Shown one piece after another: positions 1 to 15,047 of a stretch of 64,000 nucleotides of DNA; position 1 is the first letter of the stretch, and each line of letters opens with the position of its first letter. The translations under genes were made by a program, and so were the position numbers. This DNA comes from the human T2T-CHM13v2.0 reference genome, Homo sapiens, in the NCBI RefSeq assembly GCF_009914755.1, contig NC_060934.1. One strand, 5' to 3'. A model generated the notes under the pieces. It did not search any database and was not told where the DNA came from. It worked only from the letters and a program-made list of their open reading frames with translations.

Positions 1-119
1 AGGAAGTTATCTGGTCTGCAGCATTAGGTCCTGGCCAGGAGTACAAACTCAAATGCCCATGAGGCCAGGAAGGTGCCATTGGTGAGTGCAGCAGCCTGGA
101 AGAGTTCCAAATGTCCTAG

Positions 120-585
<466 letters not shown>

Positions 586-2492
586 GAAATCTGAATTTTT
601 AAAATTCAGTAAGCCCTCAGTAAGCCACGCCCCAGGACACCCCCAGAGGCAGACGCCCTTTGTTAGGAGCTACATGGTCGTCGTTCCCACCATCCCCCAA
701 CACTCAGGAAAGGGGCAGGGACTGTTTCAGGACATCGACTCCTTTCTTGGGCCCATCCTGGGTGGACAGCCACTGTCCGTGGCCCCTTTCTGCACGGACT
801 GGGGTTCCTTTCTGAGTATGCAGAGGGTGGCAACAAGGTCTCTTTCTGAATTAAAAAAAAAAAATTAAAAACAAACTTAAAAAACAAAATTGAAAAAACC
901 CCAAATCCCAGGATGGAAGAATAAATACAATCAACAAAAGTTCTGTTATTTATAAATGGAAATTTTTGCCATTAATAATGATGTGATACTAAAAATTTTT
1001 AATGCATATTGATTATAAGGTTTTACCAATTTTTAAATGGGACACTTTGCTTTATATTGCTAAATATAAAACAATATAAAACAAATTTGGACAAGGCTGT
1101 CCAAATTTGGGTAATATTTGCTTAACTGCAGTGTCATAATGAAAGTAGCTTGGTATTTTCAAAATTGGATTCTAATTTCTGGCCAGTTAAAGTTCTCAAG
1201 GAGAAAAAATTTTAACAACAGAAGGTCTAAGGAATGCATGGTCAAAACAGGAAACACCCAGTGGGCAGGTGACATGGGCGGAACCTCCAGGGAAGGTCAG
1301 GCACGCTCAGACTTTGTTCTGCACCTGGCTGTGATCCCTGCTCCTTCTCATAATCCAGTGTGTCTTTTCTTTGACTTCTAGTTAGCTTCAATCTGTGAAT
1401 TCAAGTACCAACTTTGTTTTTGTTTTCAAAATCTTGAACTCTGGACCACTTTCGGCATGCTGTTTTAAGAAAGTAGTTCACTTTCTGAAAATGGTTTTAA
1501 TTACTTTGCTATTCACGTGGAAGCATAATTTGCACATTCAGCCAATTTTTGCAAATAACTTTCCTCTGTTTCATATTGTTTCAAGCCTAGAGGAATAATA
1601 ATTTCTTGTTCCAGGAGATACTGTTTTCAGTCATTAATTGGTGATTTGATTAAAAAACAAATTCTGCCTTCTGCCTGGATCATAGTGATCCCCAAGGGGC
1701 TGTTCTGTTGTTTGCAGATCTGAGATATCAATACTCTGTCTCCCTAAACCTTCAGGATAGTCTGCTGCATACACAGTAACCTGTATCAATGTCTGGCTTC
1801 TTTCTTTGAAGGTAAAAAGAGGGTGTGCTCTGTGCCTCATCACCATGGTACAAAACAGGATGGCCCCTGCAGCTTGGTGAGAAGATCACTAAACTGAACT
1901 AACTTCATAGGATCTGGTTTTTGGCAGCAGATGTAACCATGAGACTAGAAGGCCCCAGGAATTCATAAACTTCCTGGCATTGAGCTGGGCTCGTCCATGG
2001 GGTGCGGACTGAATTCAAACGGATGTCCCTAGGTCTCAACAAGCAGAGTAATCACTGCTGTCTGACTTGCACTGATAAGTTTTAAGTCTAATCTGAATTG
2101 GGGCTTGCTGAATCTCAAAGATGTCAACCAAGTCATCAGAGAAACCAAAATTCTCCTAACCCAAAATTACCTATGCTAAGATTCACTAGCAGGCAAGTTT
2201 TAGCTCAAACTCACGGTGAAGTCCCTGTATTCTGGTTGCCAAGTGGCAGTGTGAGAAGGCAGCCAGCACCACTGCTCGCTAACAGGAGGGCTCACACCAC
2301 AGTTTGATTTCCACAGGCTGAGGTCTCCTAGGTAGCTCCCTTCCTGGTCTCTGGTGTCACTGAAGGAAGCTCCACAGTGAGAGTAATTGTGGCTCTTTGA
2401 GTACCACTGGGCATAGCCAGTGTAAATCTATCCCCCAACTGGTCATCAGTGGATGTGACCCTTCTTAATTCTCACCAAAGACAAAATCAAGC

Positions 2493-3039
2493 TGTGTCAG
2501 GAATTTATTCCTTCTGGTGGGTTCTCGGTCTTGGTGACTTCAAGAATGAAGCTGTGGACCTCACAGTGAGTGTTACAGCTCTTAAAGGTGGGCGTCTGGA
2601 ATTTGCTCCTTCAGGTGCGTTCATGGTCTCCCTGACTTCAGGAGTGAAGATGCAGACCCTCCCCTTGAGTGTTACAGCTCTTAAACGTGGCGCGGACCCA
2701 AACACTGAGCAGCAGCAAGATTCATTATGAAGAGCAAAAGAACAAAACACCCACAGTGCAGAAAGGGACTGGTTGCCACTGCTGGAGCAGGTGGCCAGCT
2801 TTTATTCCCTTGTTTGGCCCCGCCCATGTCCTGCTGATTGGTCCGTTTTACAGAGTGCTGCTGATTGGTCCATTTTACAGAGTGCCAATTGGTCCATTTT
2901 TACAGAATGCTGATTGATGCATTTACAATCCTCTAGCTAGACACAGAGCACTGATTGGTGCATTTACAATCCTCCAGCTAGACAGAAAAGCTCTCCAAGT
3001 CCCCACCCGACCCAGAAGCCCAGCTGGCTTCAGCTTTCA
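2493..3039 (-). mobile_element. LTR12 (ERV9) solo LTR, short type
   Basis: TG...CA ends, 4-bp TSD aagc (2489-2492, 3040-3043), characteristic gtgagtgttacagctcttaaa and repeated ctgattggt (CCAAT) units. Confidence 0.93.
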
Positions 3040-3762
3040 AAGCAGTTCCAGGTTCATGATAAAACCCAAGTGAAAATCCATTTGATTAAAAACTCCCCTT
3101 CTCCATTTTCTTTTTTGTTTAAATTGGGACAGCAAAGAGAATTTACAACAACAAATCAAAATGAATTCCAAACCAACCTCCTCTTCCCTAGTAAACAATG
3201 AGAAAGTGTCCCACAGTGAGCTCTTCTGGCCAGGGTGGCAGTGCCAGCATTGCCCATTGGCCACATCTCTATCATCCTGCTGTGCTCCTTGTGGCTTTTC
3301 CCATCCCCACCTAGCCTGGGAACACTCTGGAAGAAAGGATGCCAAATTGGCAGGAAGGACTCTGAACTTCTAGGCAAGTCTGCCCTGTATAGGTGAAGAG
3401 GTGGAGAAGTAATTGCCCTTCCATTACCCAATGCGGGGCTGGAGGCATGAAGCATGTACTCTGGTCATGGCTTCCTGTTTTAGCCATTTCCTCATTAGCA
3501 GGTCACCATTTGTTTGATGCATGCTATGCGGATGTGCTTTGGTGTCTGGACAATGCCAGACCAGTGTCCAGGGGCCCACACAGAAGGAGAGCAGACTGGC
3601 CCTGTGTCATTCCCTTGGGGAGGCAACGGCCTTCCCAGACCCCAGGGCCCCAGGTTCCTAGAAATTCATTGCCCATTCATTCCTTCAGCAGACGTTTACC
3701 CTCTGGCCAGTTCAAGTCATTCTGAGGACCTCCAGGATGCACTAGCTTAGGGAGAAGAGGCA

Positions 3763-3975
3763 GCAGCCCACTGTGGTTAAGAACAAGACCTCTGGACCCA
3801 GACAGCCTGGGTTCAACCCCTTGTTGTGGAATCGCTCACGGTGTGACTTTGGAAAGTTGCCCAACTTCTATGCTCCTGTTTCCCCATCATAAAGTGAGCA
3901 CAATAAGTGTGGCCACCTCATAGGGCTGTGGTAAGGACAGAGGGAGTTAATTTTTATTAGGCATTTGGAACCAGC
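3763..3975 (+). mobile_element. MIR
   Basis: tgtggttaagaac...cctgggttcaa...tgtgactttggaaagtt...cctcatagggctgtggtaagga resembles the MIR core. Confidence 0.75.
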
Positions 3976-5471
3976 TGAGTGACTGACACTCTGGCTGTCA
4001 TTTGATCATTTCTTGGTATATCTCTTCAATCATCTTGGGTTCTTGTAGCCCCTTACTAATTTCATTTATTCGTGGTAAATATTTACCCTGTATATGCAAA
4101 GCTCTGGGCACTGTCTAGGTGCTGGGGATGATGGTGACCCCCTGAGAGTCTCATGGAGGGAAAAAGAGGTACATATCCTAACATAAATGACCCGTGTGGT
4201 ATGTGCCACCAAGAAGAGAACTGGGGGCCATGGGAACACATGACAGGGCCCTGACTGAGTGTGGGGATTTCAGGAGAAGGGTGTCCCCGAGTCAGGGACT
4301 TCCCTGGAACTGTAGATCCACATGCTTGGTTCTCTAAAGTGCTAGCATGAGACTCCTGTGCTTTTCCTTATGGGAAAAATAAACTTAAGGGTTGATGCCA
4401 GACCTCAGTGCCCCCCAAAGCCATGACCTTTTGTAGCAGGGAAGAGGGGGGTGGGAATCACTTTACCTTCTGGACAGGAATGCTTCCTTTGAGGTTTTTT
4501 TTCTATCTCCAATCTAAGGCTCCAACCCCAGAAGCCAAAACCAATTCTTGCTGTGATAAACTTTGCCAAGATGTAACCAACCCCCAGGAAGACATAATTA
4601 CACTGTACTTAAGTAATTGCTGTTATTACCATCTCAGTTTGAAGAGCTACAATTGAATTACTTCCTTTGTTTATTTTTATTTTCTAAACTTTTTTTTTTT
4701 TTTTTTTTTTTTTACAGCTATAGTGGATATCCTGCCAGGGCAATAATAGTAGTTTTACCTTCTTTTTCTTTTTTAAAGAGCTGCAGTGGTTCCAGATTGA
4801 TGATCCTTCATAATTTAGTTATTCTTCTCCCTATAGATGAAACTTTGGATTGTTTCCAGGTTTGCTTGTTTGTTTGCTAACATAAACAATTGTACAAGGA
4901 GCATACTCGTATACATCTATTTTTAAGTATGCTACAGTCTTGTTGGTTATTGTGGTCAGTGTCTGTTCTGATCAGGGCATGCTTGTGATGTAAGAGTAAC
5001 TTAATGTTTTGATTATGATCCCTGGCCTTTTCCAGAAGTGGCATCCAAGGGCATCCAGATTAAAATGTCAGCAGTAACTGTCAGGTTAATTCTCAAAATC
5101 ATTGTAGCAATTTATAGTGTCATCAAAATTAGACTACTGGTACCAACATTTTAAACATTTGCTAAACTGATGAATTTTAATTTGCATTATCCCAACACTG
5201 TTGTCTTGTAACATGCTATTGTTCATTTGTATAATCTCTTCTGTTAATTGCCCTTTGTGTCCTTTATCTGTTTTATAGTCGTCTTTTTATTATTAATTTC
5301 ATAAACTTTTCATATCAGGGATATAAACCTTTTGTCTATTTTAAGTATTGCAATTATTTTCTTCTAGTCTAGTAAAAAACTGTTTAATGGCTTACAAAAT
5401 CAGGAGTTTAAAAAGTTTATGTAACCAAATTTATCAAGTTAGTTTTTCTCTTTATGGGCTCTAGAGTTCCT

Positions 5472-5766
5472 GTTTTTTGTTTTGTTTTGTTTTGTTTTGT
5501 TTGTTTGTTTTTCGAGACAAGGTCTGGCTCTATTGCCCAGGCTGGAATGCAGTGGTGGGATCTTGGCTCACTGCAACCGCCACTTCCTGGGCTCAAGCCA
5601 TCCTCCCACTTCAGTCTCCCGAATAGCTGATACTACAGGCACACACCACCATGCCTGGCTAATTTTTTTTTTTGAGATGGAGTTTTGCCACGTTGCCTAG
5701 ACTGGTCTCAAACTTGTGAGCTCAAGTGATGCTGGGATAACAAGCATGAGCCATTACACCTCGCCT
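5472..5766 (-). mobile_element. AluJ with (TTTTG)n tail and internal deletion
   Basis: gggctcaagccatcctcccac J-type diagnostics; left arm shortened. Confidence 0.9.
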
Positions 5767-5832
5767 AGGTTTCCTATTTTATTTAAGTAGAAATCCTCAT
5801 TGTAAGGTTACACAACATTTTCTTATAATATA

Positions 5833-5840
<8 letters not shown>

Positions 5841-5878
<38 letters not shown>
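5841..5878. repeat. (GT)19 microsatellite
   Basis: Read directly. Confidence 0.97.
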
Positions 5879-5880
<2 letters not shown>

Positions 5881-7263
5881 TTATTTATTTATTTACATTT
5901 AGCTATTCAATCTATCTGGAAATTTTGTACATGGTATGTGATAGGAATTTAACTTTATTTTCTTTAAAAATGGATAACCAGATGTGTCAATATATTTTTT
6001 AAGGAACTCATCCTTTCCTCACTGACCTATAGTATGACTTCACCATATAATAGATTTATACATCTGCTTGGATCTGTTCCTGTGCTTTAATTGTCTGGTC
6101 CTTAGCTAAGTGAATGACTCAGTCTCATACTGACCAGAGATAGAGATAGGAAGGAGAGCCTTGGGGGGCCCTTCCTCCTGCTGGGGGCTTTATCCCTGCC
6201 TCCTGGAAGACCACCAACCCCCCTGCATGTTCCTGCTCTGCCCAAGTCCATCTTGAGACCCATGTCATTGGGAAGCCATTGTTTCTTTTGTCGGTGGGAT
6301 TCAGGGAGATTGTCCAAACTGGCCGTCATTCTTAATTAGGGCATTCTCTCTGCTCAGGCATCAGAATCCCTTTCCTGAGCTTACACTATAAAATCCCCAG
6401 GGTATGAGACCCCAGTCAGGCACAGATTCAGGGTTAAGCCATCCTATCTCTCCAAATGGTAAGCTCCTGATGGTGCTTCATCATCATGAAGAAGATGATC
6501 TGTCTGAGTATTGAGGACTGCCGACTCACTAAAATTTACCCCCAGGCCCTGGGCTTCCTTATCAGTGACCTTGGTACCCCATTCTCTAGTCTGAAGTTAC
6601 TGAGAGAAAGAGAGAGAGAGAGCACGCAAACGACACCCAGAGTGCTGAGAAGAAAGGCAAATAGCTTCCAACGGCAATGCAGGGTCTCGGTATGTGACTG
6701 GATAAGAGGAAGAGTCTGGGTTCAGCTCCATCTCTGTCACCTACCAGCTGCATGACTGTGGGTAAGGTATTTCACCTTTTGGAGTCTCATTCCCTCAATA
6801 AATTGACTAGAATTAAATACCCAGTCCAGCATCTGGTGCCCAGAAGATCCTCAATAGGGGTCAGCCCCCACCTTCCTTCCAGAGTTTGAAGTCAGAGCTC
6901 TGGCCATATCTTTTCCAGATGGAAATTAGTGTCCCTTCCATTGCTTGCCCCATAGGATCTCCAAGGAATGGTTTCTGTTGCATGCTCTCAGTTGCCAAAT
7001 GTGCTCCTTCCCTCCCTCTCCTTCTCTCTTGGGAGAGCAGAGGTGGATTTTACAATTCCTGCTCCTGGTGTGGTCCTGTGAAGGCAGATGCACTTCCACA
7101 AGGATTCCTCTGCTTTCCAATGATGGGAACAGAAAATCCAATCTTGGGACCTCAGGCCGTGGGAGGGATGCTTGAGTAAACCAGATACCTTCATTCCATG
7201 CTATGACCTGATGGAGATTCAGAGCGATCACAAGCATATTCTGCTGGTGCCCTTCTTGAGAAG

Positions 7264-7634
7264 TGCTATGGCTTGAGCATTGCCTCCAAAACTCATGTTG
7301 TAATTTAATTGCCATTGCGATGATATTAAGAGGAGGGTGCTTTGAGGGGTGATTAGCTCATGAGGGCTCTGCCTGCATGAATGGATTAATGCTGTTATTG
7401 TAGGAGTGGGTTTCTGATAAAAGGATCAAGTTCGGCCCCCTCCCTTCTCTGTTTCATGTGCTTGCTTGCCCTTCCACCTTCTATCATGGGATGATGCAAC
7501 ATGAAAGCAGAGATGCTGGTGCCATGCTCTTGGACTTCACAGCCTCCATAATTGTGAGCCAAATAAATTTCTTCTCTTTATAAATTACCCAGGGTATGGT
7601 ATTCTGTTATAGCAACACAAAACAGCCTAAGACA
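7264..7634 (+). mobile_element. MaLR solo LTR (MST family)
   Basis: tgctatggcttga...aactcatgttg...aataaatttcttctctttataaattacccag...ctaagaca. Confidence 0.85.
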
Positions 7635-8279
7635 GGAGGGCTCAAGGAAAAGGAGAGCAATCCCAGGTAGGGTTAGCATCCACAGGAGCACTGTGGACTA
7701 AAGCCCTGATAGAGTGACTATCTGAAAAGTACTGACAGTATCAAGCAGCCTCTGCTGATGACCTTTGGTGTCCTGAGCAAGCAACTCAAACTTTCTGACT
7801 TTCAGTGTCAGACAGCATACTTTACAGAGTATACTCTGTATGAGGATTAAATAGGTGCATAGTCCATAGGATACAATCAATGAGGACTGAAGCAATAATA
7901 AACATATAGGCTGTGAATACTATAGTTTGGTAAATGGCAACAGGGTGGTACAAGAGAAAAGCCAAAGTTTAAAGTGTGTTTAGATTGCAAATATTCCTGA
8001 CAAAAGGAACATATTAATTAAAATTTACCCACTCTAAGCTATAAAAGTTGATTTCCTTAAAGATTAAAAAAAATTCAAAACAGTATAAACCTTTTAGAAA
8101 ATTTAGGAATATATGAATGAAAATAAATAATACACAGTTATTACTTGATGACAACCAGTCAACATTTTGCTTTATTCCTTTTCATTCAATTTCCTATTAT
8201 TTGAAACAAAAACCTTTAAATGTCTTTGAGATTGATACTGTATATGAAATTTTATAGGATCCATATTAAAATAAATTTA

Positions 8280-8641
<362 letters not shown>

Positions 8642-11209
8642 TTCTGAATAAACACCATGTTAGAGTCTACCCAATGTTGTATTACATTGCTATAGTCACT
8701 TCATACTACAAAATGAATGTTTAATAATTCTGGTTAAACACTGTTTTAGAGCCTGTCCAATGTTGTATCCCATTGCTATATTTACTTAACCAGTTCCATA
8801 TATTGTAAATTGAAATTGTTTTCAATTTTCCACTTTTGTAATTAGCAAGATGATAACATTTTCTTGCATTGAGCTTTGTGACTTTTGTATTTTAGATTTC
8901 TCTAGGATACATTGCTGAGACTGAATGCCTGGGTCTGAGGGATGAACATTTTTAATGTTTTGATATAAATGGCTAAATTGCCTTACCAAAAAAAGCATTT
9001 TCAGTTTATATTCCTACTATCAACACTATGAAAGTACCCATCTCCTTGCATCTTATGAGCATCACATATTACTATGTTTATAAATGTATAGGGTTTTCAT
9101 GATTTATTTTGCTAATTTGATTGATTTAAAATGTACAGAGAGCAAATTATAATGGAGAGAGGGTAGTAAGAAGGGATGCAGGCTGAAGGCGAGATGGAGG
9201 ATATAGGAGAGAAGCCTGGTTCTTCAGGTTGTTCTTCTGCTTTTCTTGCCTGGGAGAGGGGTAGAAAAGGTTGCCAAAGCTACTCTGTTTTCTTCCTCTT
9301 CTTTGGGTAGGGTGGGGGTGGTGAAAGCAGGAGGGAGGAACAAAAGGTTCATCTCCATGGGAGAAGGGCTAAGCCTTGTTGCATGCACAGGCTTCTGCAT
9401 AGGTGAGTGAATCATGACTAGTATCAGGTCCAACTAGGAAGAGCAGTGCCTGACCTGTCAGCGTATGGTCAACAGAGTATTGTACTGCCTGAGCTGGGGA
9501 GCCCCAGCAGATTCTGTGAGCTGTGGGCCAGCAAGGGCCAGGCCATGGGATGGAACAGAAAGGTTTGGGCTGCCCCTTGTGGTCCAGCTAGTATCTGCTC
9601 TAAGAATCCTTAGATGGAGTTATGGATGATGGTTTTGCTTCCAGGCACAGGCCAGAGCAAAAGGCAGCTTCCCATGGACCAAGTGTCCTGGCATCCCCAG
9701 TTCTGTGGGGCCCCTCACCCTTCTGTGGCCACAATGTTGTCTTTTCCTATGCAGGTGGCAAGTGGGGTTCTTGAGTGGCAGAGCTGAGCTGTGGCCATTC
9801 CCCAGTTTCCTGGTACCAGGTGTGGCAGCCCTATTCCTCTGGGAGCAGCATGTTGCCAGAAACTTCTCTGCTCCCTGTCTTGCTCTCCACAAATGCCCCA
9901 CCTGTACCATGCCTTCCTCTTATGCTCAGTGAATAGCTCCTGCCCTTCTAGTTGTCCTACCAGGAAGTGACACCTTCCTCTGATTGGAGTGCCCTGGCTT
10001 GATGGATGGTAATTCTCTGAATAGTTGTCCTTTGGGGTGAAATGGGGGCTATCTGTGCATAGGTGCTTGTGAGAAGGGCAGCTGGCCCTGATGCAGCTGC
10101 AGCACACAGGGTGAGGGTACTAACAGTGTTCACCCAGTCCCAGCTGTGCAACCCTGAGTGGGGAATGCTTCACACTTCAGCCACTGGAATTCTCACAGAA
10201 CCCTTGCACAAGTATCTTCATTTAATGGAAAACAGACTGAGGCAGAGCTGGAATTTAAATCCAGGTCTGCCCAATGCCAAGTCCACATCCTGTCTATGAA
10301 GCCATCCTTGTGGCCTTTGCATTGCCCCCATCTTTGCCATTCCAAGTGGTGTCCTCCAGTCAGTCCGAGGTGGGCCCTCAGAAGGGAGGCCAGCTGCTGA
10401 GCAGGAGAAGAGAGATCTCCCTCATGTGTCCTGGCTCTAGTGCCAGTGTGCCACATCAGCCCTTTAAAGCCGAAGTTTTATCATTGTTAAATAGGTTTGT
10501 GCTCTTCAGAGATTGCTTCCTAAACTGCAAAGCGCAAAGGATGAGGACTCCCAGTCTGGTGGTGGGGAGGAAAGATGGGTCAACAACTAACGCCCTGGGC
10601 TGGAGGGCTCTGCCTGGTTTGCGGATTCCCCTCCCCACACCGTGCCCAGGGCCAGCTGGGCCCTGCAGCAGCCTTTTCATTCCATTGTCACAGGGAACTC
10701 CCCCCTCCTGACCAGGCCTCCTCCTTTGCTTGGCTCGCGCACCTCACACTGGAAAGCATGACTTCAAGCCTACTCCGAGTAATGAGGGAGGCCTCCTGGC
10801 AGCATCTGCCATGACTGCCAGGGGCCAGCAGATTTGCGTGGCTCACCCTGATTCACCCGCATGGGCTCAGAGCCTCTCCCTCTCTTTGGTGTGTGCTTTG
10901 AGGTGAGCAGAGCAGCTGGTTGGAGAGCGCATCCAATGACTGTTCAGAGTTGCTCCTGTGGTCCCGCTTCCCAGCTCTCTGTCCTGGCTGGCACGACTCC
11001 TTTGAAACGGTTCCCAGGCGATTCCTGGAAATGGGGGTGCTCGCTTTTTTGAAGTCAGAGGTGATACTGAACATATGTAACACCTAGCCATGGTGGGGCT
11101 CCGCTCGGCTGACTCCCCAGCGCAGGAAACACAGCCACCAGCTAAGGTGTCCTCACCTGTCCTGAAGAGAAAGGCTCAGGATCCTTCAGGTTGAAGGATC
11201 TCTCCACTC

Positions 11210-11980
11210 AAACACACACACAGAACACACATCACACACAGACGCCACACACCACACACACACACCACCCATTTCACCACACACATCACACACCACAGAA
11301 TACACCACACACACACCACACACATGCCAAACACTGCACCACACACTGGACCACACACACACTACACACGCCACACACACCATATACACCACACACACAC
11401 CACAGAATATACCCCCCTCACACACCACACATGCACATCACACAATGCACCACACACACTGCACCACACACACACACTACACACACCACACACTACACAC
11501 ACCACACACACCACAGAATACACCCCCCACACACCACACACATCGCATACAGACACACATACTAACACCCCATACAGTACACCCTATACACATACCACAC
11601 AATACAGCACAAACACACCACATATACACACCACACATCACAGCACACCACACACACACCACATACACATAACACACAGCATACACACACCCCAAACAGT
11701 ACACCACACGTGAAACACATGCCACTCACATACCCTACACAATACAACACACACACAAAATACACACACAGCATACACACATCACACACACCACATAACA
11801 CAGCACGCACTACACACCTCACACACCACACATACCACACACACTCTACATAATACGTCACACATACCACACAACACACACACTTCCACACAATATACCA
11901 CATACACACCGCACATACACCATACTCACATGTGCCACACACATACCCCACATGATATATCACATAAACACACACACACT
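11210..11980. repeat. ~770-bp degenerate CA-rich simple repeat
   Basis: Almost entirely C/A on the + strand. Confidence 0.95.
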
Positions 11981-12932
11981 TAATTTGGCATAGTCAGCAA
12001 GATAAGTGAGTACAGTACCTGCACGTGAAATTGGCATTTGGAAGCCCCGGGATGCTCCTGGGGACGGAGGACTGCGGGGAGAAGACAATGTGACTGGGGA
12101 GCACCGGCCATTGGGGAGGAGATGGTGCGACCGGGGAGAACCAGGAGTGTTTGGAGGGACACCCCAAGAAACGGGTTTCCATGCCCTGTGTGATAGCAAA
12201 GGTGCTCCTTAGACCCATCCTGTGCTCAATCTAGGACTGGAGTGCCAGAAACCAGACCTAAAGGCATTGGAAGGGAAATACAGAGATCCTAGCACAAGGA
12301 GTGAACAGTGAGGGGAAGAAGGAGCCTCCGAATAGGCCTGGAGACTGGAATTGCCAGCGTTACACATTTCTAAATTGTTTTTCTGATGCTCTCTCTAAGA
12401 GGGGAGGCACTATCACTCTTGGATAAAGGCACAGTGTTACAATGTCCTTCTGATGGCACACTTGCCCACCTTAGCTTTAACCTCACAGAAGGTGTGCTTC
12501 TGCCAATTGCTATGCATTGACCAGCAGTCATAGTGGAGCTGACACCAAGGAGCTGTTTTCTTTGCCTCTGATTCCTTCTCAAAATTGCACCAAATATTTG
12601 CCATGGCTTCTGGCTGGAAGTAGGAATGTTGTTCTGAACAATATTATGGGGTGGCGGTGAGATGGACTTGAGAGGCATCCCGGACTCATGACTCATCTCT
12701 TTCCCTGCATCCCCAGAATCCTGTCACATTACTCTTAATGGTCCAGAAAATACAAGGACTCCTCGAAGGATGAAAGAAGGGATTTGGTGAGCAGAGGAAA
12801 CTATAACCCACACTGTGTGCAGTGGAGGACCAGTGAGAAAGTGTGGGGGGCTTATGGAGTGCTTCCAGCAGGGAAGAGGCACGTAGAAGGAGCAGAGGGC
12901 CCTGGAGCCACAGCAGGCAAACCTCTTGGGAA

Positions 12933-13422
12933 TATGAGACAAAATACTACACATACGAAACCACATTTGTTCATTCTCCTTGCCAGCAGAATTTTACGAA
13001 GCCCCTGACTCAGTGGCTGAGTGCAGCCCTCCAGAAGAATGCCCTGAAGATGATAAGCAGGATAGAGCACAGGCTGCCATCTCTCTTGCCTAAATCACTA
13101 CATTTTAAGAAAAAGATAAGTTCAATGATCCTAGCTTTTGCCTCTTCTTGTACATAAGACAATGTTCAAGAGGATTAGAGATTATGCTTCTATAATCTAT
13201 AACCAGGTGCACCCAAACATTGAGGAGATTCTGCTCTAATGTAACTTCTGAGCACATGCAAAACCTCCACTGCCAGTATAGAAGCTGTGGGCTGCCACAT
13301 TGCTTTGGAGCAGTCTAGCAGAAGTTCTGTGAAAGGCTCTCCTGGGTTGCAATCCTCAGTGAGACTTCTGAATAAAACTAACTTTAATTATCGAAAAGCC
13401 TGATTTTTTTCTTTCATTGACA
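12933..13422 (+). mobile_element. Solo LTR (probably ERVL class; family uncertain)
   Basis: ~490 bp, ends ttgaCA, TATA-like tatagaag near 13277, AATAAA at 13371-13376 about 45 nt from the end. Confidence 0.6.
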
Positions 13423-13764
13423 GGAACCAGAGTTGAGATTGTTGGCTCTGTCCTCCTTCACCCAGCAGCAGGCAACTTTGGGAGCGGGCACTTGAGTAGG
13501 AGTGTGAAGGTAGCCCCAGAAGCACTGGGGACCTCCCATGCATAGAACACTAACTACTGGCACACTCAGCCCAGTAGAATTCTCTCCACCTCCCCAGCCC
13601 TGGAGACAGCCTTCACTGCTTGCAGGTAACAAAGATAATGCTCACTGAAGGATCTCAGAGAACCTTAGGTCAAAGACAGGTATTCAAACAAGACATAAAC
13701 AATTGTGAAAAAAGTCACAATTGAATACCAGCACCAAGGAAATAGAGTTAATTGAATGAAGAGA

Positions 13765-14092
<328 letters not shown>

Positions 14093-14583
14093 TGAAGAAG
14101 AGATTTTAGAAGAAGGAAATATCTCAAGAGGAATGAAAGTATATCAAGAACAAGTGATTATAGAAATGAAATAATTAGATCTTGGCAATGAAAGATATGA
14201 TTGTCAAAATAAACTAAATAACTTAATGATTAGGATTAGTATCATGATAACATACATAGAGAATTAGTGATGTAGAAGAACAAGGCAAGGGATACTCCAG
14301 AATTCAGTGCAAAAAGATAGAAAGGCTGCTAGTGGTCTACCAGATTCCAGTTTCCTCTTCTTTCAGAGTACAAGGCTGGACTACATGCAGGTTGATATGG
14401 CCACGTGGCTAAATTCTGTCCAATGAATGTGAGTAGGGGGTCTGTGTGCTGCTGATGAACTAAGGGCGTGCCTTCTCCCTGCTGTCCTGCTTCCCACTGC
14501 CTATAGCCAGCTCTGCAAGCAGGTGAGGATGGCACACTAGAGATGTCAGAGAAATGGAATGGAGGGAGATTTGAGCTTGTCAA

Positions 14584-15047
14584 TGTCAAATAAAAGATAA
14601 AATAAAAGATTAGAGATGAATGTCTAATGAATGTCTAAATTTAAAACATTTTATTTGGAAGCAAGAATTGCAAATTGGGGCATACACACAGAGTGGGTAG
14701 TCTTAGGTCTGTTCAAAGAACAAAGAAAAGATGGGAGGTTTTACAAAAAGGATAAATGTTATGTATCATTTGAAAGAAAGTTATTTTGCATTAGTAAAGT
14801 TTTGGAGAGCTGGTGGCTCTGACTAGTGAGGGATGGTGGTGGGTAGAGTCACAGCAGATTGTTTTAGTAGCTGTTAGATAAAACTGGTTTCAGGTTACAA
14901 CAGGAAGCTTCAGCAGTTGAGCTTGTGAAAAATGTAATTCTTGGAGCAGGTGCCATGTGCCTCAAGTAATTTTCCCCCCCGGGCCCTTCAATTTGGATTT
15001 AGTCAGGTGTAATAGGAATGGCCCAATTTGCATAATCTTCTTTCTTA
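14584..15047 (-). mobile_element. ERV1 LTR (MER67-like), acting as 3' LTR of the adjacent internal sequence
   Basis: Reverse complement resembles remembered MER67 (caaattgggccattc...cacctgctccaagaatt...ccagttttatcta); minus-strand AATAAA (tttatt near 14650); polypurine-tract-like gatcaaaagggag adjacent. Confidence 0.65.

Larger units (their letters stand above)
4720..6090 (-). mobile_element. Old L1M fragments interrupted by an Alu and a microsatellite
   Basis: AT-rich antisense L1-type motifs (ttggattgtttccagg, tttaatttgcatt, gtattgcaattattttc); boundaries approximate. Confidence 0.6.

Noticed and set aside
11176-11975. His/Thr-rich and Cys/Val-rich ORFs
   Set aside because: Translations of a CA/TG simple repeat.
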